From a virus (taxonomy: Duplodnaviria; Caudoviricetes): a stretch of 52,418 bases of DNA. The stretch is from positions 1 to 52,418 of the IMG/VR virus record IMGVR_UViG_3300023179_000148. One strand, 5' to 3'. Positions 29,322 to 40,172 of the stretch are shown here, in pieces (position 1 is the first letter of the stretch; each line of letters begins with the position of its first letter). The position numbers were made by a program, and so were the translations under genes. The notes beneath the pieces were generated by a model that had not been told where the DNA came from, ran no database searches, and worked only from the letters and a program-made list of their open reading frames with translations.

Positions 29322-30896
29322 CTATGGATATAGTTGTTGAGATTTTGGAGTTGCAGTATTTTGAAAAGATGAACTTGTAATTGGAGTAGGTAGTGTTGTT
29401 CCATTCAAACTTATTACCTGCGCTCTATACCAAAAATTACCAAATGCGTTTGTTGTTCCAACTGGTTGGTTAGTTGATTGACTTGCATAATTTGAAACTA
29501 CACTTAGTGATTCTGTAGCTCCACTTGTCCAAGTTGAATTATCTGGAGATCTCTGTATTCTTGCAGTTGCAGATGTTGTATTAGAAAAGTAGTAGTCCAT
29601 AGTAGCTTTTGGATTTGCCCAGTTATTATTTGCAATTCTTCCTCCGGTATAGCCAAAAATAAGAATGACTGACGCTGGAGGCGCCGCGACTGTAACTGAT
29701 ATAGAAGACTCTGTACCATTTCCAATAGCGTTAACAGCTCTTACCGAAATAGTGTATGTTCCTGGAGAAAGAGTATAGTCATACGTTGTACTAAGACCAA
29801 CAGAAAAATAAGCAAAAGAGTCTCTTTTTACCTCGTATCTAGTAATTGCTGATCCACCGTCGCTTAGCGGAGCATCCCAAGATATCCTTGCTCCGCCACT
29901 AATTGCAGTAGAGCTAAGATTTCTAACTGGACCAGGCACTGTAAGGTTGGTGGTGGAGAAGGTAACACTTCCGTAGTTTGTTCCAGTAAAGTAGTAATTA
30001 TTTGCTCTAACTAATACAGTGTAAGAGGTATTTGCAGTAAGACCTGTCAAACTAACCGATGTGTTTGTGCTTGTTGATGTCCAACTTGACCCACCGTTTG
30101 TAGAGTAATCATAAGTTTGTATTGCGGACATTCCAGAGTTTGCGTTTGTAGGAGCCGTCCATGAAACTGTTGCGGTGGTGTTAGTGATGCTTGACGCAGT
30201 GACCGAGGTGGGTGCCTGTGCGGAGGAACCTTGACTTGCAACTATGCTGATGTATCCGTCGTCAGCGCTACCTGATGTTAGAGTACTTTGTGAAAGCCAA
30301 ACAGAAGCAGATGCTGTTCCAAACTCGGTAAATGAGGTGGCAAACGCCGCGGTTGTGCCAAAGTAAACTCTGTATTCTGCACCGACCGTTCTTGTTGATG
30401 TAATTCTGCTGTTTCCAACGCTAGACCCATCGACGTACCATCCTGTAAGTGCGTACGTGCTTGACGGAAACGCAACTAATTTAATAAGCGCGTAGTTCTG
30501 GCCATTAGGAAAGTGAACCTCGTACTCGATCTCAAAGTTAGATCCTACTGAAAATCTTTTTCCACGGTAGAACACATAAAAAGTAGAGCTATCAGCCGCG
30601 TAGCGAATTGAGTTTAACTCTAGGTCCGCGGGAAGAATTCCAAGAACTCGTCCTGTGGTAGCTGTTATGTCATAAGTAGACTGTCCACCATTTATTGAGA
30701 TGTATCCATTTGTTCCGATGTGAACTGTATCGCCAAAACTAAATGTGTAGGTACCAGACACACTTGCATAAAACTGTCTCCATTGGCCACTTGCGTATAC
30801 AAATCCCTTTTGAAGAGTTCTCCATGAACCACTGATGTACATAAATCCTTTTTGAAGAGTTCTCCACGCACCATTAGCATATATGTAACCGGCCAT
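29322..30896 (-). CDS. Tail fibre / receptor-binding protein with two fibronectin type III domains
   Basis: APTSVTAS...VSWTAP...LTANTSYTVLVRA and PGPVRNL...ISWDAP...YTISVRAVNAIGNG; N-terminal 14-aa triple repeat. Confidence 0.78.
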   Translation of the reverse strand: MAGYIYANGAWRTLQKGFMYISGSWRTLQKGFVYASGQWRQFYASVSGTYTFSFGDTVHIGTNGYISINGGQSTYDITATTGRVLGILPADLELNSIRYAADSSTFYVFYRGKRFSVGSNFEIEYEVHFPNGQNYALIKLVAFPSSTYALTGWYVDGSSVGNSRITSTRTVGAEYRVYFGTTAAFATSFTEFGTASASVWLSQSTLTSGSADDGYISIVASQGSSAQAPTSVTASSITNTTATVSWTAPTNANSGMSAIQTYDYSTNGGSSWTSTSTNTSVSLTGLTANTSYTVLVRANNYYFTGTNYGSVTFSTTNLTVPGPVRNLSSTAISGGARISWDAPLSDGGSAITRYEVKRDSFAYFSVGLSTTYDYTLSPGTYTISVRAVNAIGNGTESSISVTVAAPPASVILIFGYTGGRIANNNWANPKATMDYYFSNTTSATARIQRSPDNSTWTSGATESLSVVSNYASQSTNQPVGTTNAFGNFWYRAQVISLNGTTLPTPITSSSFQNTATPKSQQLYP

Positions 30897-30903
30897 ATTT
30901 ATT

Positions 30904-32166
30904 TTAACTGTACGTTAGTACAATCAATCCTTCTTGACCAGTTATTCCTGATATAATAGAAGATAGATCTGGATATATAGTTGCAGAGCCAAAACCAATT
31001 TCTCGTAGTGATCTTTGACCAAAAGGGTTAACAGCTGCTGTATTAGTTACTCCTATAGTAGCAGTATAGATTCCACTTGAGCTTGAAAAACTTAGCCCTC
31101 CGTTAGAACTATCTAGTATTAAAGTAAACTGTCCATCTGATCCAGCAGGATACATGATCATCTTAGGATATGCAGATGAAGCAAAATCGCTAGTTGCTGA
31201 TCCTCCTGAGCTTATGATAACTCCAGCGTAGTCAGTTGCTGGTCTTATATGGCCTAAGGCTGTACCAGAGGAATTATAAAATGATAGTGCGTTGTTTGAA
31301 GAGTCCATCTCTACTCTTCTTCCAGAAGCTGCAGTTCTAATAGTTCTTCCAGTCAAAGTTCCAGTTGTAATCTGCCCGGCATCTAAGTTTGATGTAACAA
31401 TTACTCCCGCGTTCAATGATCCTGCGGTAATCTTTGCTGCAGAGATGTTTATAAGTGCTCCATCACCTAACGCAAAGCCCTTCCAACCCGCGGTATTGGT
31501 GATTGTTCCTGTTGATACCGTCGATGGGACGTTTGCCGCGTTCTTTGCATATCTAACTGTTAATGCGGTAGGAGTTGCGGTAACCTCGTAAGATCCGTTA
31601 AACGTTGCGTCAACACCCGAGACGGTTATTGTTTCTCCAACCACAAATGTGTGCGCTGATGAGACGGTAAGAGTTGCAACGCTTGACGTAAGTTGCTTGT
31701 TGGTTACAGTTGCCGTTATTGCCGTGCTGTAGCGATATATCTTATTATCATCATTTGTATCAAACCAGGTGTCACCTAGTACGTATGTTCCATCTGTTGG
31801 CTCGTAGTCCTGTCGGTAGATAGTATTTTTTCCATCTGCAGATGCTTGAGCAGCAGGATCTTTTACATCTACCCACTCTCCAGTTGATTCATCATATACT
31901 TTTTTCCCACCTGTTTCTGGATTTGTTACTTCTTGCCCATCTTTTGGATTAACAATAGAATCTTCAGGATTTTCTGTGCTTACTATGTTAGTACCAAACT
32001 CAACTTCATCTGCTGTAATACTGCTAGGGGCTATAGCAGCACCCTTAATAACTCTATTTTGAAGCCTAGTTCTTATAGGCTTTCGCTCCATACGTCGTAA
32101 ACGTCTTTGTATATCAGATATGCTATTTCCTAAATTTTTTTTACTATTACGTCTTCTACTAGACAT
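30904..32166 (-). CDS. Minor tail protein
   Basis: Likely starts at MSSRRR (32166). Contains ADGKNTIY...GDTWFDT, ISAAKITAG / LDAGQITTG beta-helix-type repeats and one AHTFVVGETI domain. Confidence 0.75.
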   Translation of the reverse strand: MSSRRRNSKKNLGNSISDIQRRLRRMERKPIRTRLQNRVIKGAAIAPSSITADEVEFGTNIVSTENPEDSIVNPKDGQEVTNPETGGKKVYDESTGEWVDVKDPAAQASADGKNTIYRQDYEPTDGTYVLGDTWFDTNDDNKIYRYSTAITATVTNKQLTSSVATLTVSSAHTFVVGETITVSGVDATFNGSYEVTATPTALTVRYAKNAANVPSTVSTGTITNTAGWKGFALGDGALINISAAKITAGSLNAGVIVTSNLDAGQITTGTLTGRTIRTAASGRRVEMDSSNNALSFYNSSGTALGHIRPATDYAGVIISSGGSATSDFASSAYPKMIMYPAGSDGQFTLILDSSNGGLSFSSSSGIYTATIGVTNTAAVNPFGQRSLREIGFGSATIYPDLSSIISGITGQEGLIVLTYS

Positions 32167-34813
32167 TTTTTCTATCCTCTTTCCATTCAGTTTCAAGAGT
32201 TAATGTTACTTTTTCTGGAAAAGATGGAGTTTCTGGAACACTAACTGTGTATCCAACAATTTTACGAACAATTACATCACCTCTAGGCTCTAAATCAGTT
32301 GCTAAACGCATTCTAACAAATTCATCATCAAGAATTATTGAGCACCAATCTCCTGGGTAATAAGTTCCAACAACGGGATCTAAAGATCCATTAACTTCTA
32401 TATTAAAAGTTGCCTCTGGAGGTCTAGATTCTCCTAAAAAGTCTAAAGCATAGTTATACAAAGCTTCTTTACCAGCAGCAACAGTATTTACATCATTTTT
32501 TTCTTCAATTTCATCTAGTAGTGGCCAACCTTGATTTAGTAAATCTTTGGAAGCTGCTGCAGCGTAAGGTTGGCTAGCAGTACCGTCTAGTCCATCAGTA
32601 GATCCACCTACCCACATTCTAGTAGAAGAGTTTTCTGCATTTTCATTCAAAGTAAATTGAAAAATGTTTCCTGGATACTCAAAAACATAAAGATTAGCAC
32701 CTAAAACACTTAAAGGATGAACTACTCCTATGTACCCTGTAGATGCAGTTAAAGGAACATTGTTGTTGTAAGAGTAGAAAGTAAAGGTAGTTGCAGTAGG
32801 AGCGCTAACAACAGTTATTGTTCCATCAAATGATGAACCAACATCTGTAATAACAGTCTCATCGCCAGCAACTAACCCGTGAGCAGTGCTTGTAGTTATT
32901 GTTGCAATATTAGATGTTAGTTGTTTAAATGTTACAGGTATTCTTACAGGTGGATCAACAAAAGGAACAAAGGTAAATGTTCTAGTAAAAGCGTTATTTT
33001 CAAAATCACAGTCTATTCTATAATCAAAACCTTCAAGTTCTTTAGCAAAATCTTCTAATATTTCTCCAAAAGATTGTAAGTCAGATCCTCTAAATACTTT
33101 ATTGCTTGCTCCTAAATATTTACCGCTTAAATCTTGATTTGATTCTATTCCTATATTAGAATTAGAAGAGTAGGAACCATAAGTACCAGCAACTAATCTA
33201 CCACCCCAAGAAACAGTACCACCAGAAACTCCCGTAGTAATATAATTTAAAGTAGAAAAAACTGTATATTTTATAGTTTTAGCATCTGGTACGGATGCTA
33301 CTACAAAATTACCATTGTAATCACTTCCTACATTTTCAACAATAATACTTGTACCCTCTACTATTCCATGATTAGCAGATGTAGTTAAAGTAACACTTTT
33401 ATAAGTAACTTCTCCTGTATTTGCAGTAACAGCAGTAGTACCAATATCAGAACTATCTACTGGTATTGTAAAAGTGGTACTAGTTGGTGTTGACAGAACA
33501 TTAGTAGTGCCATTTAATACAGATTGACTTATAAAACTTACAGTTTCAGAAGATATAGCGGCTATAGTAGGTTTATTTAAAGTAACAGTAGTGCCAACTA
33601 TTTTTTCAATAATAGTATTAGAGCTAAGTTTTCCAGTTATAGAAACTAACATTCCTGCTACTAAATTAGTGTCGTCTGTGACTGTAAGAGTGGTAGATCC
33701 ACTAGAAGCAGTGGCTGTTTTATTATAAGAAACGCTGTTATCTAATTTTGCTATGCTCACATAATCTCCTACTGCAAGCCCATGAGCAGAAGCTGTTGTA
33801 ATAGTTGCTATATTAGATGAAACTGCCTTAAATGTTATAGGCAAAGTTGTAGTAGATATACTTTTTGAAGTTACATCATAACTTGTATACGGAGTTACAG
33901 CAGCAGTTGAGATATTTACAGAACTACTAACGTTGTATTGAATAGTGGTACTGGTCGGAACAGCTGTAATAGTTTGATAGCCGTCTAATAAATCATCTAC
34001 AGCTGCAATTTCAACTAGTTGTCCTACTATTAGATCATGTGATGTATTTAAAGTTAAAGTAACACTTCCTGAAGTACAAACTTTATTTGTTACAGTATAT
34101 TCTTCGTCAGTTGCTGGAAAATTTATACGTTTATCACCATAAGCTTCGTCATTTAAAAAGTCATTTGTAGAAAAATCTTCATTTAACCAGCCTAAAATAT
34201 CTCTAGCAACTTCATAAGAGTCAACAACAGTTCTAGCCTGACCTATATCAGAGGAACTTAAAGGAAGCGTCGCAGCGGAGGCAAAAGAAAAACTTGAAGC
34301 AGATGGAATTGCTGTTATTACATGAGTACCGTTTAAATCATTATTTAATGCATAAACCTTTACAATATCTCCTTCTTCAAATTCATGTTCTACACTAGTA
34401 TAAATAGTCGCTGTACCAGATGCTGCTTGGTATTTGCTACAGTAATAAGCCTCACTTCCATAATAAAGAGTTTGCCATACCATTCTATGATACAAATAAC
34501 TTATAAATTCTGCGCCGTCAACAGTTAATTTTTTATCAACAGGAGAGTAACTTCTACTCCAAATAATTCCACCCCAGACGCATACACCATTTCTAAGAAT
34601 ATATATTGCTGTTTTTCCTGGCATAGTATTTTCATATAAATTTAAATGAGCGTTTGCCTCAACTACTGGGATTGATGCAGAAAATAATCCTGCTTTACTT
34701 AAAGCTCTTCCATAAGTAACATCTACAAATGGTATCTCTACTAACACGGTATTTGTAAGTAAATCTACAGCATAGTATCTGTAATCAGCTAGGTTAATTT
34801 CATTAGTTGTCAT
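32159..34813 (-). CDS. Minor tail (hub/Tal-like) protein with inserted repeat domains
   Basis: YRYYAVDLLT...EIPF..V...R.LS.AG and RNG.CVWGGIIW motifs of actinophage minor tail proteins; five HxLxxG(D)-type domains; second gene after the tape measure. Confidence 0.8.
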   Translation of the reverse strand: MTTNEINLADYRYYAVDLLTNTVLVEIPFVDVTYGRALSKAGLFSASIPVVEANAHLNLYENTMPGKTAIYILRNGVCVWGGIIWSRSYSPVDKKLTVDGAEFISYLYHRMVWQTLYYGSEAYYCSKYQAASGTATIYTSVEHEFEEGDIVKVYALNNDLNGTHVITAIPSASSFSFASAATLPLSSSDIGQARTVVDSYEVARDILGWLNEDFSTNDFLNDEAYGDKRINFPATDEEYTVTNKVCTSGSVTLTLNTSHDLIVGQLVEIAAVDDLLDGYQTITAVPTSTTIQYNVSSSVNISTAAVTPYTSYDVTSKSISTTTLPITFKAVSSNIATITTASAHGLAVGDYVSIAKLDNSVSYNKTATASSGSTTLTVTDDTNLVAGMLVSITGKLSSNTIIEKIVGTTVTLNKPTIAAISSETVSFISQSVLNGTTNVLSTPTSTTFTIPVDSSDIGTTAVTANTGEVTYKSVTLTTSANHGIVEGTSIIVENVGSDYNGNFVVASVPDAKTIKYTVFSTLNYITTGVSGGTVSWGGRLVAGTYGSYSSNSNIGIESNQDLSGKYLGASNKVFRGSDLQSFGEILEDFAKELEGFDYRIDCDFENNAFTRTFTFVPFVDPPVRIPVTFKQLTSNIATITTSTAHGLVAGDETVITDVGSSFDGTITVVSAPTATTFTFYSYNNNVPLTASTGYIGVVHPLSVLGANLYVFEYPGNIFQFTLNENAENSSTRMWVGGSTDGLDGTASQPYAAAASKDLLNQGWPLLDEIEEKNDVNTVAAGKEALYNYALDFLGESRPPEATFNIEVNGSLDPVVGTYYPGDWCSIILDDEFVRMRLATDLEPRGDVIVRKIVGYTVSVPETPSFPEKVTLTLETEWKEDRKNV

Positions 34814-34836
34814 TTTTGTTCCTTAAGTTTTTAAGT

Positions 34837-36978
34837 TTAAGCAAGCCATCCAGAACGATAGTCTACAGATAAAGTAGACGTTGAACTGACAGTATCTCCT
34901 GCGTCATAAAAACTAATTGTGTTATTGCCTGGGTACAAATTAATCCAGTCATTATATACTTCTAATTTTGCTCTTGCTCCTAAATACTCTCCATTTAAAA
35001 ATACAGATCTGTCATATGTGTTAATTTCTAAAACATCTGGACCATAAGCAAGAGTTCCACTTGCAGCTCCATAAGCAACATTAGAGCCAGTTGCTCCATA
35101 TGTGAATGTGCTAGTTGTAGGGACACTAAGCACTACAACTTCTCCATCATACGGTGAACCAAGACCAGAAATAGTAATAACATCGCCAACAACTAATCCA
35201 TGAGTGGCAGTAGTAGAAATAGTAACTAAATTATCAGTTAAGCCTCTGTTATTAATTGTCTTAGTAGTAGCATCTCTTAGAGTGCCTGTGATAGTAATAA
35301 GTTCCTCAGAAGTATCATTAGATATTACTGTCGGACCAACTAATGGACCAGTAATAGTTAGATATACGCTAACAGGATAATTACCTTCATTTTCTATAAT
35401 TTCAGTTCCATCAGCAACTGGAGATGTTGCTCTACATGGTATTAATACGTTCTCGTACCCGTAGATCGGATCTTCTGTATTCCACTTATACTTTATAGGA
35501 TCTGCTGCTCTAAGTCCGATAGAAAATTCAGTACGCCCACGAGCATTTACTGTTTGTATTTCTGGGTCTCCGCTTAATCTTACATAAGATGCTTTAATGT
35601 AAGAGCCTTCATTTGTTTTAAGCCATCCACCTGTATAAACTAAATTTGTAGCCGCAACAAATCTATCTCTAGCAGCAGCAAGTAAAGAAGGATCTGGAGT
35701 TAAAATTACGCCTTCAAAAGTTATATCTCTTGCATTATATTTACCTTTAACATCATATGAACCATCACCCCATCCTCGAGAAACTTCAGGAATTTCAGGA
35801 GAAGGGTGCTGCCACCAACCACCAATATCAGTAACTACCCAAATAACTCCATATTCATCAATTGTATTAAAGGTAAAATCATTTAGCGATATATCTGCTT
35901 GCAACTTCATTCCTGTTAAATGAGGCTGTGGAAGCGGGGCTAAAGCAAGGTTTACCTTTGAAGTTTCATTGGCTTGATTAGAGTTAACAAAAAAGCCTTC
36001 TACTAAATTAGATTGCTCTAATAAAACAGCATCAAGTAAGAAAGTCTCGGCTTTAGTTCCAGCAGTGCTTTGAATAAAAGCAAAGTTTGCATGAGTTGAA
36101 GTAGCTGGTGCAGTAAATACTGCTGTAATTCTTTGCCAACCTGAAGAACTAGTTAAATCTCTTGCAGTGTTATTACTTATTGAAATTATGCTTCCAGCAG
36201 TAGATGCGTTATACCAAATAGCTTTAATACTAAAAGAGCCTTCTTCTGCGCTAGTAGGAACTTTTACATACCCAGAAACTGCATAACTAGATAACGCTGT
36301 AATAGCAATTCTGTCGGTAGTAATTACTCCAGAGTTAGCCTGAGCAGACTTAGTTATTTCTAAAGATGAAGAACCAACAAAATAATCAGAGGTAACTCTC
36401 GCTAAAGATGTGGTGGCAACTACTGCAGTACCAGTGTCAGCAGCCGAGGTAATTGTTCCAGAGGTTGTAGTTGTGTAAGTAAAAGTAGTATTGCTAGGAA
36501 CGCCTGTAATTGTATATGTGCCATGAAGAGAGGTATTACCATTAGTTCCAGCAATAGTTACAACATCTCCTACCGCAAAATCGTGTGAGGCTGAGGTGGT
36601 TATAAGTGCAGTTGTACCAGTTCTTTCAGAGTTACTAATATTTTTTGTATTTGTAGAAGGTGCCAATCCAAATACAGTGGCAGTTCCTGTATCAGCGGCT
36701 GAAGTTATAGTTCCGCTGGTAGTAGTTGTGTATGTAAATGTTGTTGCTGTTGGCACTGCTGTAATAATGTAAGTGCCATGCAAAGCAGAGTTACCATTAG
36801 TACCAGAAATAGTTACGCTATCACCAACTAAGAACCCATGATTTGCGCTAGTAGTTATGGTTGCAGTAGTAGAACTTCTTTGAGAGTTAATAATTCTTTT
36901 ATTTAAATTTTGAGCAGCTGACCAACCAGTAGTGTTAGTTTGATAAGTAGGGTTTGTAAACAAATTTGAGCGACTCAT
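34837..36978 (-). CDS. Distal tail protein (Dit-like) with carbohydrate-binding-like and repeat domains
   Basis: Follows the tape measure; ARDITFEG, LRAADPIKY, NEGNYP, ITGP and LYPGNNTI Dit-like motifs; NLFTNP...LDAVLLE CBM-like module. Confidence 0.8.
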   Translation of the reverse strand: MSRSNLFTNPTYQTNTTGWSAAQNLNKRIINSQRSSTTATITTSANHGFLVGDSVTISGTNGNSALHGTYIITAVPTATTFTYTTTTSGTITSAADTGTATVFGLAPSTNTKNISNSERTGTTALITTSASHDFAVGDVVTIAGTNGNTSLHGTYTITGVPSNTTFTYTTTTSGTITSAADTGTAVVATTSLARVTSDYFVGSSSLEITKSAQANSGVITTDRIAITALSSYAVSGYVKVPTSAEEGSFSIKAIWYNASTAGSIISISNNTARDLTSSSGWQRITAVFTAPATSTHANFAFIQSTAGTKAETFLLDAVLLEQSNLVEGFFVNSNQANETSKVNLALAPLPQPHLTGMKLQADISLNDFTFNTIDEYGVIWVVTDIGGWWQHPSPEIPEVSRGWGDGSYDVKGKYNARDITFEGVILTPDPSLLAAARDRFVAATNLVYTGGWLKTNEGSYIKASYVRLSGDPEIQTVNARGRTEFSIGLRAADPIKYKWNTEDPIYGYENVLIPCRATSPVADGTEIIENEGNYPVSVYLTITGPLVGPTVISNDTSEELITITGTLRDATTKTINNRGLTDNLVTISTTATHGLVVGDVITISGLGSPYDGEVVVLSVPTTSTFTYGATGSNVAYGAASGTLAYGPDVLEINTYDRSVFLNGEYLGARAKLEVYNDWINLYPGNNTISFYDAGDTVSSTSTLSVDYRSGWLA

Positions 36979-39704
36979 TAGGCGGCTCCCTTACGAAGTT
37001 GAAAAGCAATTTGACGAGAAACAATAGAAGCAAGTTCTCTTTCGTCCATGCCAGCAGAAGGATTAATTGTTATGTTAATTCCAGAACCTGCTTTATTAGA
37101 TAGCATTTGAATCATTGCTTTATCACGTTTTGATAAACCATCTGGATCAAGTGGTTCTACACGCTCAGGTCTTCCTGCTTCACCAATCGTGGCAAGAGTT
37201 CCACCAGCCGAAGGCATAACTGTTCCACCTCTAGCAAGAGGAGTTATTGGTGGTAATCCTAAAGTGAATCCATCAAACTTAATTGGACCTAACTTAAATC
37301 CTGGTATTTTAAATTGAAGTTTATTCCAGCCATTTATGATCCAGTTAATTGCAGACTTAAATGCATCTTTAATTCCATCCCACATATTTCTAGCAGCAGA
37401 TGCAATTTTAGAAGGAAGGGTTGTTATAAATGAAACTAATTTAGTAAAATTTGTTGAAACAAAATCAACGGCTGCTCCAAGTCCGTTTTTAATTGTTGTT
37501 CCCAAAGAGTTAATAGCATTTCTAAATGTTTCGCTGTTTTTGTATAAAAGAGTAAAACCAGTGGCTAAAGCGGCAATAATGACAATAAAAGGTCCTATAG
37601 GAGAGGCTATAAGTAATGAAAACAGCCCCCTAATTGCTGTACCAAGAACTGTAAGTATAGTTTTACCAAGAGTTGCGGTGGTTAAATTTGCTAGTTTTGC
37701 ACTACCAGTAAGTGCTCCAAATGAAGTTATTAAAGGAAGTAGCCCTCCTAAAACTACTTTAAATGCAAATCCGCCTACTTTAGTTATTGTACCTAAAGCT
37801 AATAAAAATGGAAGTACAGCTGCTGAAAGTTTTAAAAAGAATTGACCTACAGGACTTTCTAAAATATTATTTAAAGTTTTTAAAACACTAGTTAATGTAT
37901 CAAAAAATATTTTTATAGATCCAGCATCAGTAACTAATTTTACAAATTCAGAAAAAGTTATTAAAAACTCGCCAAAAGACGGTAAGGAATCACTTATATT
38001 TTCTCCTATAGCTTGAAAATTATCAGTTACCACTCCTAATTGATCTAAGAAAACTCCTAACTCTGGGTTATCAGCAAGAGTTATAAATCCTCCTATAATA
38101 TTTCCAAGAAGACTTAAAAGTTTTGTGCCATTTACTGCTGCATCAGCAAAAAATGTTTTTAAAGGCTTACCGTCAATAGTCTCTAGATTTTTAAAGGCTA
38201 AAGATATGTCTTTAAAGTAGTTTAAAAAGATTTCTCCAGCACTACCTGGACCCACGTTTTCTTTTACAAGGTTTTTAAGTCCACCAAAAACATTACCAAA
38301 AATAATACCTAAATCCGATAATATTCCCTTAGCAATCTTAAAGCGTTCTCCAAGTTTTCCAGTTGCTTCATCAAGTTTTAAAGTCTCTTTCCAAGATTCA
38401 GTGGTGTTTTTTAAAAACTCTCCAAAAGCATCAATTAAAGGTTTAGCAGCGGTTAGAAGAATTAAAAATCCTTCATAAAGATTACCTACTGCAGTTCCTA
38501 AATTATTTATAAATTTATTGTTTGTTTTCCATATAGACTCTAACCTTTTTATGTTTTCTGAACTTGTTATGACCTCAGAAATTCTTATTGCTACTTTACC
38601 TAAAACATCCCCGGTTGCGGTAAGAAGTGGTCTTAAAGCAGGAAATAGGTTTTTTACTAAGTTATCTATTGCTTTCTCTAGTTGAGGGAAAAGTTTTTCT
38701 CCAGCAGCATCTTTTAGTTTTTTAAACTCTGACTGTATAGAAACTAAATATTTAACAAAACTTTGAGCTTCTTCTGATAAATCAGAAAGGGCGTCAGCAT
38801 AAGCATCTGCTCCAGATCCTTGTTTAGCAAGACTAACAGCCTCTTCTGCTTTTTTTACATCACGTAATGCATCAATAACATTTTCTTGACCAAGAATAAC
38901 AGCGTCAGTACCTTTTTTAGAAAGTTCTACGTTCTTTGCTTCTTCTTTTTTAAGATCATTGTTTCTATCAATTGCTCTTCTGTAATTTAAATCTGCTTCA
39001 GCAAAGGCAAGTTCGGCTTCTTTACGAGCACGAGAGTTAGGAGGTAAATCTGAAACACGAGCAAGAGTCTCGCGGGCTTTTTCAAGTTCAAGTGCTGCTC
39101 TTTTTTCAGATATTGCAGCGTCTTCAGAATCAAAACCTAGTTGCTGTATCTGCTCAATTGCTCTATCTCTAGCTTTTGCTAGTCTTTCATATGCTTTTGC
39201 AAGATTTTCTTCAGCATCTTGTTGTGCTTTTGTGTTAGAGACACTTTTTTTAGATGCTTTATTTCCTGCTTGTACTGCTTTGGCTACTCCAGAAAATGCT
39301 AATCTTAATGTTAGGGCTGCTTGCCCTGCGGCTGTAAATGCTCCAGCTAAAGTAATTAACGCAGGGGTAGCAGCAGCTCCAATTATTGAAACTAAAGAAA
39401 TAAGTCCTGTACCAAGAAGACCAATGATTCCAGACACTGCAGTAATCGCTGGGACTAGAAAATAACCTGCTCTTGTTAAACTTGAAAATTGCTCTTTAGC
39501 AGCTACCGACTGTGCCAAGAATTGTGCACTAAAAAAATTAAGATCAATACCAGATCTACGAACACCTCTACTTATTCCATTAGAAATATCTTTTCCAGCT
39601 CTTTCACCAACTCTATCAATACCATTAAAAGATTTTTGAATATCTCTTTCAACACTAGTAGTGATGGCGCGAACTACTATATATGCATCACCAACAATTG
39701 CCAT
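36978..39704 (-). CDS. Tail tape measure protein
   Basis: 908 aa, helical; MAIVGDAYIVVRA start, hydrophobic segments, C-terminal LARGG...IGEAGRPE.V.PL; follows the chaperone genes. Confidence 0.88.
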   Translation of the reverse strand: MAIVGDAYIVVRAITTSVERDIQKSFNGIDRVGERAGKDISNGISRGVRRSGIDLNFFSAQFLAQSVAAKEQFSSLTRAGYFLVPAITAVSGIIGLLGTGLISLVSIIGAAATPALITLAGAFTAAGQAALTLRLAFSGVAKAVQAGNKASKKSVSNTKAQQDAEENLAKAYERLAKARDRAIEQIQQLGFDSEDAAISEKRAALELEKARETLARVSDLPPNSRARKEAELAFAEADLNYRRAIDRNNDLKKEEAKNVELSKKGTDAVILGQENVIDALRDVKKAEEAVSLAKQGSGADAYADALSDLSEEAQSFVKYLVSIQSEFKKLKDAAGEKLFPQLEKAIDNLVKNLFPALRPLLTATGDVLGKVAIRISEVITSSENIKRLESIWKTNNKFINNLGTAVGNLYEGFLILLTAAKPLIDAFGEFLKNTTESWKETLKLDEATGKLGERFKIAKGILSDLGIIFGNVFGGLKNLVKENVGPGSAGEIFLNYFKDISLAFKNLETIDGKPLKTFFADAAVNGTKLLSLLGNIIGGFITLADNPELGVFLDQLGVVTDNFQAIGENISDSLPSFGEFLITFSEFVKLVTDAGSIKIFFDTLTSVLKTLNNILESPVGQFFLKLSAAVLPFLLALGTITKVGGFAFKVVLGGLLPLITSFGALTGSAKLANLTTATLGKTILTVLGTAIRGLFSLLIASPIGPFIVIIAALATGFTLLYKNSETFRNAINSLGTTIKNGLGAAVDFVSTNFTKLVSFITTLPSKIASAARNMWDGIKDAFKSAINWIINGWNKLQFKIPGFKLGPIKFDGFTLGLPPITPLARGGTVMPSAGGTLATIGEAGRPERVEPLDPDGLSKRDKAMIQMLSNKAGSGINITINPSAGMDERELASIVSRQIAFQLRKGAA

Positions 39705-39725
39705 GCGCCATCACCTCCTAATCTC

Positions 39726-40172
39726 TTAACCCAAAGGGGCATCTAGTACTGATCCAAACGGCTTTTGCATGTCTGGATTAAAATCTGTTGGCGGAATAAA
39801 CGGCTTCACTGTTTGACTGCTTGGGTCAAACGGTGTGATGTCGCTGTAATCAAAATCTCCAACAGAGTTGTCAAAACCTGCGTTTTGACTTTTTTTAGTT
39901 GTTTTATATTTATAAGTAGTTTTATAAAAATCCCTATAAATAATTTCTCTTACTTTATCTTTGACGTCAACTTGTTCTGCACTAGCGACGGAGGTCATGT
40001 CATCTTCAAAAATTACATGGACAACATCTAGCATGTCTGCCAGTTCCATAGAAGATAGTTGTAGGCCGTTCATCAGTGCTTTCCCATTAACATAAGGCCA
40101 GAGATCTACTGCCCACTCCGCGAGTCCTCTAGCCCCGGTATAGGACGGCTTGAATACTGCTCGACCAACCAA
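39726..40172 (-). CDS. Tail assembly chaperone, downstream (gpT-like) frame
   Basis: Lies between the gpG-like gene and the tape measure; overlaps the upstream ORF in the -1 frame; no convincing start at 40172. Confidence 0.6.
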   Translation of the reverse strand: MVGRAVFKPSYTGARGLAEWAVDLWPYVNGKALMNGLQLSSMELADMLDVVHVIFEDDMTSVASAEQVDVKDKVREIIYRDFYKTTYKYKTTKKSQNAGFDNSVGDFDYSDITPFDPSSQTVKPFIPPTDFNPDMQKPFGSVLDAPLG

